DNA from: Antedon mediterranea
Taxonomy: Eukaryota > Animalia > Echinodermata
Length of the DNA stretch: 64,000 nucleotides
Direction of reading: 5' to 3'
NCBI RefSeq assembly: GCF_964355755.1
Contig: NC_092670.1
Location: 36,320,388-36,384,387, forward strand
Both the position numbers and the translations under genes were made by a program. Each line of letters starts with the position of its first letter. Position 1 is the first letter of the stretch. Below, one piece after another: positions 13,890 through 25,700 of the stretch. The notes below the pieces were generated by a model that was not told the DNA's origin, did not search any database, and was given only the letters and a program-made list of their open reading frames with translations.

Positions 13890-16275
13890 GGTGACGATCT
13901 GATCTGTATCTATGGATGACAGCCTATAATTAAAACAGTGTATACAGATGGTGCTTAGACGATAGCGTCGAATAATATTATCCCCAGATAATTACCGATG
14001 GAAGCGGGTTCAAGAATTCGGGGCGGCGAAGCTTGCCGAGGTCTTGCATTGAGGCCACTTCGCTGTGTAGCAGCCAGCGACACTGTTCGTACGCTTATTC
14101 CTCCGAAACACCGTCTGTCAGTCTAAACCGTTTCCGCGATGTTGCATTCCATAAACAGCTGTATTCTTAACATAAGGCTTGTCGCGATGTAAGCTCGGTT
14201 CTCGAATCTTATTGGTTGATGCAATATCGGCGCTGACTCCTTGAGAAAAATTCATAATGATATTACGTCGATTGAGTTTGACGTTGTATTGCAGGTATAT
14301 CGACAGTTTTAATAAAATTAACCTTACTAAGAGCAGTGGGCACATTAAGCTTGACGAGATCAAAAGGACAGATAAATGTACTGTCAAAATGATAACGGAA
14401 AGAAGGTTTCTACAAATGTAGGGCTTGATCACTATTTGTTTGATGTTTGAATGCATGATAATAAATAGGCCTAATGTACATCAACAAATGTAACATTGTA
14501 TTTAGATTTACTGAACCGAAACATATCTTTATATTATTACGTCATTATAAATAAAAAATTGTATTTAATATTTGGCTTATTGTAAGGGTGCTTTTGGTAA
14601 TATGATGTTTTGTTCAAAATAATTACGGCATAATTGCTGAAAAAACAACATTAATGAGGGTTAAATATTAACTAAAACGCTACTACTATAATGTCAATAG
14701 GCATAACATAATTTATCATTGTGAAACAGGCTAACTATGAAATACAATTTCTAAAACGCATTGGTTTTCGCAGTTCATTTAAAAAAAAACAATTTCTTTT
14801 TTTCCATGATTGTCATCAAAGAGCCCTTGTGGAAGGATTTAATCTAATCCCACGTAGACCAATGTTAAAGACATCTACATCATCAACCACATTCCACTCT
14901 ACCATTAGCTAATGTGATTCATTTCCGCATCTTGCATAACTAACAATGAGTCACTGATTGAAAATCGTTATAACTGATATACAGTAATAACAATATCCCA
15001 TCAAAAGAGGAGTACATTGACGTATTGTCATGACAACGGGAAGAAAGTAATTTATGGTGGAATATATATTTTTTATGATGAATGAAAAATATGATAATTC
15101 GATAAGTGTCGGTATTGTAATCTGCATGTCAATAAATATTGTACTTTTGTTGATATTTTATTGCTGGGCTTGGTTTATTAGAACTCGTTTTGTGTATCGC
15201 TGTATGGAATAAATACAAACTATACAAGTGCATTATTTGTGTGTGGTTATAAAGCCGATTTTCCACTTGGCGAATTTTTTCGAGCGAACCGAAAGCGTCA
15301 ACTTATACGCTTATATAAGGAATCCTCTATGATTTAATATCATATTTACAATTGTTGTCTATATGGAAAATATGTACTATTGTATATACTAGGGCCTATT
15401 ATTTATTTGTGATTTGATGAATACATTTATTTGTATTTGTAAGTAAAATGGGAGTGTCAACATATAAGGCGGAAATCCGTATTGTAAAAATTACTGTTTA
15501 TACTGTAAATTTTCAATATTTTACATTAACGTGCCTTGTTAGATAGAATGTATATCGAAATGGATGCGTTTCTAGTGCTTACGTTTTACTTACTATTTAG
15601 TCCTTAAGCATAGACTTGACAAATCAAACATGACTAAGACAACTTAATGTGTTTACATGGCGAATGATAAAACTACATTTTACAGAACGAATGACGATCA
15701 ATTACTTAACTTTACGGCGGCTTTTTGACGCGTAAATACTTTAAACATAGGCCTCTATAATAAATAAAATAAATGTTTTTTCGTTAAGTGAGAAGCGTAG
15801 GTGGGCCATTAAAAAATCACTTAGTTTGGTCAGAGTTTTAAGCTGGATTGCATCTAAGTACGCTAGCTTAATGTGGATACGTTTTATCGTCATGAATATT
15901 TTCTTTAAGGCTTGTGAACATATTTTAAAAGCGTATAACGGGTCGCGATATTCTTTTCGTACATAAGTTAGGGACCTCTCATGAAAAATCACAAAATAAA
16001 CATGAATATTCATTAGTCATATCCATAACGGGTCAAGTTCAGTGAGCAAACGAATGGGTTTGGTTACAAAACGCACAAAGCGTTTAAAACGCGTTTAATA
16101 TAATGTACCTGTGTGAGATGGAGCACACCTTGTGAAAAACAACGCGTCAACATTGAAACAGAACGAATATATGCTAACGTATAGGCCTACATTTAAACGG
16201 AGTTTGCTTATTATTAAACGCAATAAGCAAATTCATGAATGGGCTTATTACAGTCACGTACTAACACAATGTTTG

Positions 16276-16400
16276 AAACGCGTTTGGTTTAAGGAGAAAC
16301 GGTGTACCGAGTATAGTATGTTTCTACAGAAACGCGTTTGGTTTAAGGCGAAACAGTGTACCGAGTAGCCTACAGTATGTTTATACAGAAACGCATTTGT
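16276..16400. repeat. ~55-bp tandem repeat (2.3 copies)
   Basis: AAACGCGTTTGGTTTAAGG(A/C)GAAAC(G/A)GTGTACCGAGTA repeated at 16276 and 16330. Confidence 0.8.
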
Positions 16401-16599
16401 TACGTTTATGCTTTCATGGCATACCGAATTTTTTCTTTAACATAAAAAAAGAAAGACCGAAAATAAGATATCACCAAATAAGGATAGATCATTTAAAAAA
16501 CAGTGAAAATGTCACAATGGTTGGAGAAACCGAGTCAATTACATAGAGGGAGCTATCGATATAGATCAGTCGAGTTTAATCATACAAGTATAAAAATAG

Positions 16600-17884
16600 C
16601 AGGGGCGCAGCCAGTGGGGGGGTCACGGGGGTCCTGACCCCCCCTTTTTTTTAGAAAAAAATAAATAAAAACATGAGACAACAATACAGATCAAATCATC
16701 CTGGAGATACTGTGGAAGATTACTACCGAGCAGTATTACCAAATCAACTTCTTGATTACAAACCGAGTTAAAAACCCGTTTTTCTGCCGATAACAGGCCA
16801 TGCTTTAAAATATTTGGCGTAGCACCCGAGTCTATAGTGAAGTGTAATGTTGAAGAAGTCTTCAAGTAACTTGAATTTGGTACGATGATCTGCCAAGACA
16901 CGAACATCTTCATTCCGAGCTTCAGTGATGGAAGCGACTGTGTAAAATTAGCGGATCCAAATGTGTTCCCGAATGTGCGTGCACTTCTTCTAATCGCGTA
17001 GGCCTATGCCCGTAACGTCTGCTGAAGCTGAGTGGAGTTTTTCGACTTTATGGAGAACGAAAACCTGTTTGGGAAATCACATGTCTTATGAGCAGCTTTC
17101 GGGACTGTGCCTCATGAAAATACACTTTAACATGAACATTAATACAGAGAATGTCATTCGCGAATTCTGTCTCCAAGCCAAGAAGAATGTTCCAAACTTA
17201 TGTTTAAAGATGCATCACGCGATGTCAAGAGCGCCGTTATAGTAACTAACGTAAAATGTATGATAATAATTTAGAAGTTAGTTATTACAATTATGTATAA
17301 GCTATCACCTATACTATACATTCGAACAAAATAGGTATATTTTTAAACAAAATATTGTATGTACTGGGTATGATAAGCGTCTCACATACACACGGAGCCA
17401 AGATAGCTTCTTGGACTTGCACAGTGTATGAACTCCAACCTTACGGTTCTCATTTAATAACATCACTCCCTCCATGCTATCATTCTAATTTCTTTTTTCA
17501 AACTTTTGCATCTCTACGTTCATTTCATGCAACTTTTGTATTGGTGAAAAGGGAGGAATTCAAATAATTCCTCCTCTGAGTTTACAGCCTCTCTACACAA
17601 ATCAACAAACAAGCAAGAAAAAAAGTGTTTGTCTGTGGCAGCCAGGAATATAAAAATGTTCTGTAATGAAAATGAGAGTTGTTTTTTGTTTTCTTTGTTT
17701 CAGTTTATTAGTGTTAACATTGTCATATTTGTGTGTGCGTAAACCGATTCAAATGATCTAGATTGCCCTAGACCGCCAAAGCTTGGCGGCCCCCTGGCCC
17801 CCAGCCCATTGTTGCTCGCTTCGCTCGCAAAATACTCACATATTGGTTGAACCCCCCTTTAATTCTTTGCTGGCTGCGCCCCTG
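16600..17884 (+). mobile_element. Non-autonomous hAT DNA transposon with transposase C-terminal remnant and 5-bp TSD
   Basis: Perfect 15-bp TIR CAGGGGCGCAGCCAG...CTGGCTGCGCCCCTG; AATAG on both flanks; ~16965-17170 encodes hAT dimerisation-domain-like FPNVRALLLIA../PVTSAEAEWSFSTLWRTKTCLGNHMSYEQLSGLCLMKIH with a stop and frameshift. Confidence 0.9.
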
Positions 17885-19495
17885 AATAGCATTACATGGT
17901 TTAATCGTATGCTTGGAACAGGAAAGCGATCGTCACATTCGATTGTAGTAAAATAATTGCTATGCTATCGAATGGTTATTTTATTATGCGACCCATAATT
18001 CAACGCGATCGTAAATGTTTATTTTTGTTAAAAAAATCAATTTATGATTATGTACAACACACAATCGAAACGATAAAACCTCTGGCAGTATAAGTTATGC
18101 AACTGTTAAATTTTAAAATCGTTAGTTAAGAGCAGAAATGTGTTTAAGCACACTCAACAACGCGGTGTTATTAAGCTGAACGTATTGAGAAAACTAAAGT
18201 ATTGAGAAAAGAATAATCATGATATAACTGTAGGAGTAGGACAAGAAAACATCGATAAATACTGTATTTAACGATTCATCATAATATTGGCATCGTAGAA
18301 CTAAACAAAGGTGATTATATTTGTACATGCATTTCTATACTGTAGAGAAGACAAACAGTTTCCAACAAATTGTCAAAATTGTTTTTCCTCCAATTTATTT
18401 TGTATTTAAGACAGAACCACAAAGCAAAACAGGTTTTTCTTTTACCAGATTGTGTAATCCTGGATAAATATGATGTTAAATAAATACATAAATAAATATA
18501 CATTGTTTTTGTTTTTGACTATATTGTTTGTGTTTTAATTTACGACATCCTAAATTTGTTCAGCCCGGAGAGGAGATAGGCACCACTGGAAAAATAATTA
18601 TGGCTTATGCCTGTGTATCATATCATGATGAGTACTTGCCTCATCTGCAACGCCCCTACGATCCTCTCTAGGTCATGGAACTCGACATGTGTTCTATTTC
18701 CTACAAACATTTTCGATGTATTCAGTTTAGTTCGATTTAAACAACATCCAAAAACGTATGTTTATATACAATGTGCTGTAATGGTATATAATATGCGGAC
18801 TGCAGGTTCATTTATCAGCCTCCGGTATTTCCAACAGTGTATGATAAATCCTAAATTTAAATGTATATAGCAATCTAAGTTATGGGGCAGTAATAGCGTA
18901 TCGGACATGACTTATGGTTGATATGTAACGAAATATTTCTCGCCTAATGACTTATAGATCGTATGTAAATAATATTATTAACACGGCTTATATACAATTA
19001 GGAATGCAGACTATTGCAGTGACTTGCATTACAAAGTGACTTAGGCCTACTTTTATTCCATATATTATAGTACGGTTATACCATATTATGTAATGTGTTA
19101 CTAAAATTCAGTTCTACATATCTATGTCCCGAAGCCGGCTTTGACACATGTTTTTATGCAGAGTATCGAACATATTTGCGCATGCGTACTAGCTTTAAGA
19201 AGATAATCTTTTCAGATTTTCAATGCGAGAAGTCAGTACACGTGAATGGAGAATGACTTAAGGAACTGTACCAGAAAAAAGACCATAGAAAGTGCCATAG
19301 AAGAAATGTCATTCAATATTAGACGTACGTGTAAGTCACAAAAAACCACACATCATTAAAAGTTATAGATTGTGGACGATGACATAAATGCTCTTGGCTG
19401 CGACGAGCAAAGACATTATAATTTTAATGTCAGTTCTGTTCAAAATATTAAACACAACATTACGTGTACGCGCAGCAATTGATATTGCACTTTAA

Positions 19496-19648
19496 AGCTC
19501 TTACTACGCTATCAACTGTATGTGAAGAAAGTGATGTGCCCATATATGGACATGATTATGTCATATCACTACAATATTTAACCATATCACTACCATAACT
19601 GGGCACCATTTCTTTGTGTCAAACTAGTTTGATAGTGCAGACAGAGCT
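19496..19648. mobile_element. MITE family B copy
   Basis: Degenerate left TIR, intact right TIR AGTTTGATAGTGCAGACAGAGCT followed by TAA. Confidence 0.8.
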
Positions 19649-20132
19649 TAAGCTTGGTTTACTGAAATGTATGTATGAAAGTTTTGACATTATTGGATTA
19701 ATCAATGCAAGGTATGCATTTATATCTTCTTTTGATTCATTATTTTCCTTAATCCTTTCCCTAAGATTTCTTATTCATCATATAAATCTCCTTACATGTT
19801 AAACAAAATAAGCACAAACCTCCTAAATCGAAAGATTTGTAATTTCAACAGCATCACTTTCATTTTGAATTGAAGCAATCAAACTATACATAGTGGATGT
19901 TACTCGGAAAAAATTGCCGTATCAGTATGTAGTGTATAGAATACAAATGCAGAAAATGATTAATAGCCTTATCAACGTAATGTGTCTGTTCTAACCGACT
20001 ATAGGCAACATGTGATGGTTAGATAGTCGCTGTCAACTGCGATAATTCATCTTAAAACACTCCTGCGACTTCGAATCAATATTACTCTATTTTAAAATAA
20101 AATCCTTTAAAATAATGTTTAGTAGTTGTCGT

Positions 20133-20325
20133 CAGTGGCGTAGCGCGGACGCCTAAGGCCCTATGGTTTAGGAACCCTCTAACGCTGGCCTCGGCCGTTT
20201 TTAGCATTTTCGACATATTTAATGCCTGTTTTTCTTGCTCAGGGATCCTACCACCCCTCCCCCGCCCCATAAGCTCCAGAGCCCTTGGGTTTAGCCAGTG
20301 AGCACTCATAGCCTTTTCGCCACTG
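20133..20325. mobile_element. hAT-type MITE, same family as 639-758
   Basis: TIR CAGTGGCG...CGCCACTG; near-perfect 8-bp TSD GTTGTCGT/GTAGTCGT; shares GGTTTAGGAACC, CCCCATAAGCTCC and GGTTTAGCCAGTGAGC with 639-758. Confidence 0.85.
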
Positions 20326-20929
20326 GTAGTCGTGTATATTTTTGTAACTTAATGACCATGCATAGAGACAGAAAAACTGATTTCGCACGTTTTGGCCATT
20401 TACCATGGTAAATATCGACAACAATGCAGTGGTTGTCATTATAAGCAAAACCGGTTGAAAATGTCAATAGTAGAGAGACCACTTTCGAAATTGCACCGGA
20501 GTCTGCAGATACCGTAGTAACGCTCGCTGCACCGACAGTTTGAACGCCTCCATGCAAGCCAATGAGAGTAACAAATCTTGGCCATCGTACTATCTTGCTC
20601 TGACGCACGGGATGCATCATCCAACGCTGTCAGGGGTCGCTTGCAAACGCGACTCTACAGCTCACTATGTCGGTCGGCCGGTATACACTCAAATTTGCGC
20701 ACACGTTTGGGCCAGCCATATATATGGCCTTGTTTACACAGCAACTTTGTTAATGTAACTACAGCGCATCTGCTGTACATGTGTAGGCCTACGCATCACC
20801 GAAAATAAAAACACCTTTTGAGACAAAAAGATTACGGTACAGGTTTTGTCCAATACCCTTACCACCGAACCATCTGACGCACGGCTAGACGCATCCAAAC
20901 ACCGTCAGGGCTTTCGACAGAAAGTAAAC

Positions 20930-21382
20930 GCCTGGTTCCCACTAGCGACGTAACGTAACGCAAACGACGCAACGTAATAATTGTGTTTGCCTCCGCCTGC
21001 AAGAAATCAAACCTGCGATGTTTGCAGCACTGTTGCGTCGTTTCTCATTACACCACAGAGCTTGGTTCCCACTAGGACTTTTCCACGTAGACGCAATGCA
21101 AGCGAGTTTACCAAAGACAAGCGACAGTTCGAATAATTCATCGCTTGTGATTGGTCAAATCTCTTACGTTGCGTTACGTCCTTGTTGCGTCTCTAGTGGG
21201 AACCAAGCTAAATGCGTGGTTCCCACTGGCGACGCAACACAAGGACGTAACGCAACGCAAGTGAATTGACCAATCACAAGCGATGGCTTATTCGTTTGTG
21301 ATTGCTAACTGTCGCTTGTCATTGGTTAAAACGCTTGCGTTGCGTTTACGTCCTTGCGTTACGTTCTAGTGGGAACCAAGCT
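20930..21382. mobile_element. Cluster of three MITE family A copies
   Basis: Left ends at ~20930, ~21059 and ~21213; right TIRs at ~21209 and ~21382. Confidence 0.85.
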
Positions 21383-22226
21383 TCAGGAAGCACTACGTAA
21401 CACTTCCAATCGATGAGCCACGTATTTTCAGATATGAACAAGACGACAGACATTGGACCCACCAGAACAATATCTTATCATAGTAGCATCTTGCTCTCCC
21501 AAAACGACTAGAAAATTCAGACGCACTGGACGCATTATTCAAACACTGTCGGAAATTCAAACACTGTCGGAAGTTTCAACAGCAGGATTTTGAATTCAAC
21601 GCAGTCTGCAATCTTAGTATTTTCATGTAAAATATCAGGCTTTTTATTCCCAACTAGATAAACTAGCTTTCAATAGCCGACAACTAGCTCTGTTAAATGA
21701 GAGAACTGGTGCTCATTTTCACTATGGAGAATTCTCCATTATTTTAACTATTATCCATGACAGTGGTTTTATCACACATTTGTAATAAAATTTCGCATTA
21801 TTAAGCATAAAATATAAACATAAAATGCAGTGCAATTATGTAAACATAGGCTTTTACAGAATTTATTCAAATTAATTTGGTAAACAATGCTATATACTAA
21901 AAACAAGCGATACACATTTGTGTCTAGTAGGCAATCTAGACATGGGCTGAATGAGATGCGTATCACCGAGTTGAGATATTCTGGCACTATATTCAGAAAA
22001 CGTTGGCATTTTCACCATTTTTTTAAAATCAAATAATTAATTCCTGATATTATTATTATTTCATCATCAGAACACATTTTTAAAGTTAATGGTTAGCATA
22101 ATATCCTTTGTGTATTAAAATGATTGATATTACAATTGATAGATAGATGGTTTGATTAGAAAAATCAGAAGAATTAAGTGCAGTTAATAACTGAACCGAT
22201 ATAAATAAAGATCTGCATTTGTTTAA

Positions 22227-22385
22227 AGCTCTGTGTACACTATCAAACTAGTTGGACAAAAAAAAGTGTGATGTGGCCAAAAATGGTAGTGATATGCCCA
22301 AATATGGTAGCCAAGATGTTGCCGTGTCCATATGCGGGCACATCACATTTTCTGTCACATAAAGTTTGATAAAGTAGACAGAGTT
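22227..22385. mobile_element. MITE family B copy
   Basis: TIRs AGCTCTGTGTACACTATCAAACT / AGTTTGATAAAGTAGACAGAGTT. Confidence 0.8.
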
Positions 22386-22736
22386 TTAAGAATAATGGTA
22401 GTTAGTAAAACAAAAACAAAACTGTTTTATGCTATTTGAAACAGGCGGTATTGTTGAACTTCTGTTTTTCCTTCCATTCCACCACAATATAAATAAATTA
22501 TCTTTCATCCGTAAGTTTTTCTGCGAAAATGTCCTGTTTTAGCATTCTTTCATATGAAAAGAAATTGTGGAATAAAACATCTCCTTTTCATTCCAGTAAA
22601 TAGTGCATAACATCTCAAAAACTTTAATTGTGCTGAGGAACGTGGTTAAGTCATGAAATGAGTGTCATCTGCTGCAACTCACCCCCAATATTCCAGGATG
22701 TACCTCTTCTGTAATATCAAAGAGTTAAGAAGACTG

Positions 22737-25700
22737 CTAGTGAAGTTTGTGGGTTTTATTATACAAAGAGTCAACCACTTTGCCCATGCTCTGTATGGTC
22801 TCCAGAGCCATCTCATACGTCTGGTCTACTACTGGTTCATCAAACACAATTAGAACACCTTCGCCTTGGTCCAATATACCTGCAGCACAATTAAAAATAA
22901 AAACGATTATACATTATTAATTATAACAACACACATGATTGAATTCTTGCAATTTGATCGGTTAATTACGCATTACGTATCATTCGATATTAGCTCTACC
23001 TAGTTAGGTAGTGATATTGCCACCATGTCCATGGGCACATCACATTTTTTTGTCACATAAAGATTGATAGTGTAGACAGAGCTTTAACAGAGCTTAAAAT
23101 AAAAATATCAAAATAATTAACGAAAATCAATGAGTATACGAGATAATGTATCCTCTCATTTTATTTACACTATAATGAACCTTCACAATGTAAACCAACC
23201 CATTAAGTGTAATGTTGCAGTACTTCTTAGTCATTAACGATGCATTAGCTATGTTGTCACACACTTGTGTTTAGCATGCATAGAACAGAGCTGATACAAA
23301 ATCACAATGCAAAACAAGTTTATTTCTACTTGATTGTGTATTATCCTGTATAAATAGGTTGTTAAATAAATAAATAAATAAATATACGAGTTACCGCATG
23401 ATCGGATACCTACTCTGTATTACTTAACTCCAATAAAACTTTGTACTTTCGATATTATAACAATGATAGGTTTTAAGGATATAGAATGTAATTTTAAGCA
23501 TATTTTTTGTCACATAAAGTTTTATAGTGTAGAGAGAGCTTTAAACCACACACGTTCGAATGCAGAACAAATTATACCGTAATTTTTAACGTTCTTAAAC
23601 TCTGATAGAAAAAGAGCATATTAAAAATAGCTATAAAAATAAATTAAATATTAATTAAATTGAATATTGTATCAACTTTTAATCAATACATATTGATTGG
23701 TCAACAGGCTCAGCTAAAGTGATTAAGCTCAATTAGGTTGACCCAAATTTCCGTTTTGTTTTGTATAATACTGAAATAGACCGAATAAATAATGAAATGA
23801 AATTAAAATAAAAAAGTTGATTTCTATATCATCAAATTTTTTAACTTGCTGACAATGACGGCGAAAAAAATTTGAATGTTATTCTTTCAACTAATTAATT
23901 GTGTGTTTTGTTTTTTACATTGAAGGTTAAGAACGAAGATCCATAATTTAAAAAAGATAAATTGTAATTGCTATTTATCAAGATTTACAGCTAAGAAGTG
24001 ACAGTGAAAGATTATACACTGACAAGCACCCTTTGCTTGTCAGGTGTAAAAGAACCTATAAAGAGACAGAGAGTCTCATGTTTCATATACTTAGACAAAC
24101 CCATTAAATTAATTGCTAAGTACATCACCTAGAGAGGTGATCGTTAACACGAATAAATGTTACAGTTACCCGTAGGGATGTACAATTCTCTAGATAAGAC
24201 GAAAATAAATTGATGTATCCTTACCGTGAAATTTCTTATCAAGTATCATTTGAGACAACTTCCGTTCGACGAGATGCTGCAAGCAAAAAGAACGAGAGAT
24301 GATTAATGCGAAAAATTGAACAATGATGAATTATTATATAACTATATAATAAATGCACCTGCAAAAGTTAGTTTTCTTCACCTTTAAACACTGTACTGTA
24401 GTCAAATGTATTCATTATTTAACTACTGTAATATTCAATAGCATTAACAAACGTTCATACGTTTAAAGATGTATTGTCCCCCAGAAACATGAAAAATGAA
24501 GATTAATTAAAACAGACTTTCAATTTGTTAATTTAATAAAGTTGATCCCTTCCGTAGAAAAAACGGGAAAAAAAGTGGTTTCTCATATCTATATCTCATA
24601 TGAAATATTTAGGCCCTTCCCCCCCCCCCCACCCTAATCTATAATGCTGGACCCGCCCCTGCACATTAGGGACAGGTCCCTAATGTCCACTTAATGGGAC
24701 TACTAGTACTATTATATGGTAAAACAAGCATAACTCACCAATGGTAGTTTGATGATGGTACTTATATGCTGGACCTGTACTCGTGAGAAAGGCTCAATTA
24801 TCCTGCAAAGATTCTGTTCTAGTAAGTTGTCGTAGAGAGATTCTAGGTGAGCCTGGATGATTGGGTCTTCTTGTAGCTCACATTTGAAATTCTCTAGAGC
24901 CTACAAAAACAAAAATTCACATACAATATCCATTATGTTTTCGTTAAGTTTTAGATTACAGCGTTTGATTGATAGTACAATGGTTTGGGTTTGGTTAAGT
25001 ACATCTTTTGATGACAGTTTTTTAACTTTTGCTTTACCTCGACAGCCATGTTCAAATTTAAAATAAACTAATAAAAATAATGGTTAACAAACCGATGACA
25101 GGATTCTTTAAAAAAAGATTAAAATTGCAGGATAGTAATAATGATAAATTTGTCCAAGTAAACACACATGGTTAACTGACCATTGGTCAATGGGTCAGTT
25201 AAAAATAACTAATACAGCTAAGTAGTTATTCCAGATTATCATTATAATAACAGGATAAAAAATAACTAATGGATAAAAATATAATGTATCACATCCTTAA
25301 TAAATAAACATTCTTAATACAGTAAAAACTATAGTCAGATGTTTTTCCGAACTCTGGCTACAATTTGGTACCAGACAAGGCCACAAGCACAAACAAGTTA
25401 ATTTGTTTTATGTACAATTGTGGTTAGCTTATATAACTGTTACCTTTAAATATCGATTGAAATTCTGAAGTTTAACAACATTAACAAAATGAAATTCTAG
25501 CAAATGTCAAAATAAGAGTATTAAAAAAAGGAGGGTGCACGCAAAGGGCAGGAGAAAAAAACAAAACAGATGAGTTTACGTTTGAGAACATTGATATTAG
25601 ATCACGTAAATGCCATAGACATTTGATTAATATCTCCTACAGTAAGTTGTGTCTATAACATTTTAGAATTGCAAGACACAATAGGAATAGGGTAATCACT

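Noticed and set aside
14118-14456. 112-aa minus-strand ORF upstream of CDK5R1
   Set aside because: Low-information composition, no homology recognised; probably promoter or UTR sequence.
25167-25203. Hairpin TTAACTGACC...GGTCAGTTAA starting with CATGG (also 31266-31322)
   Set aside because: It resembles the footprint family, but one terminus and the flanking duplication are missing, so it was not counted.
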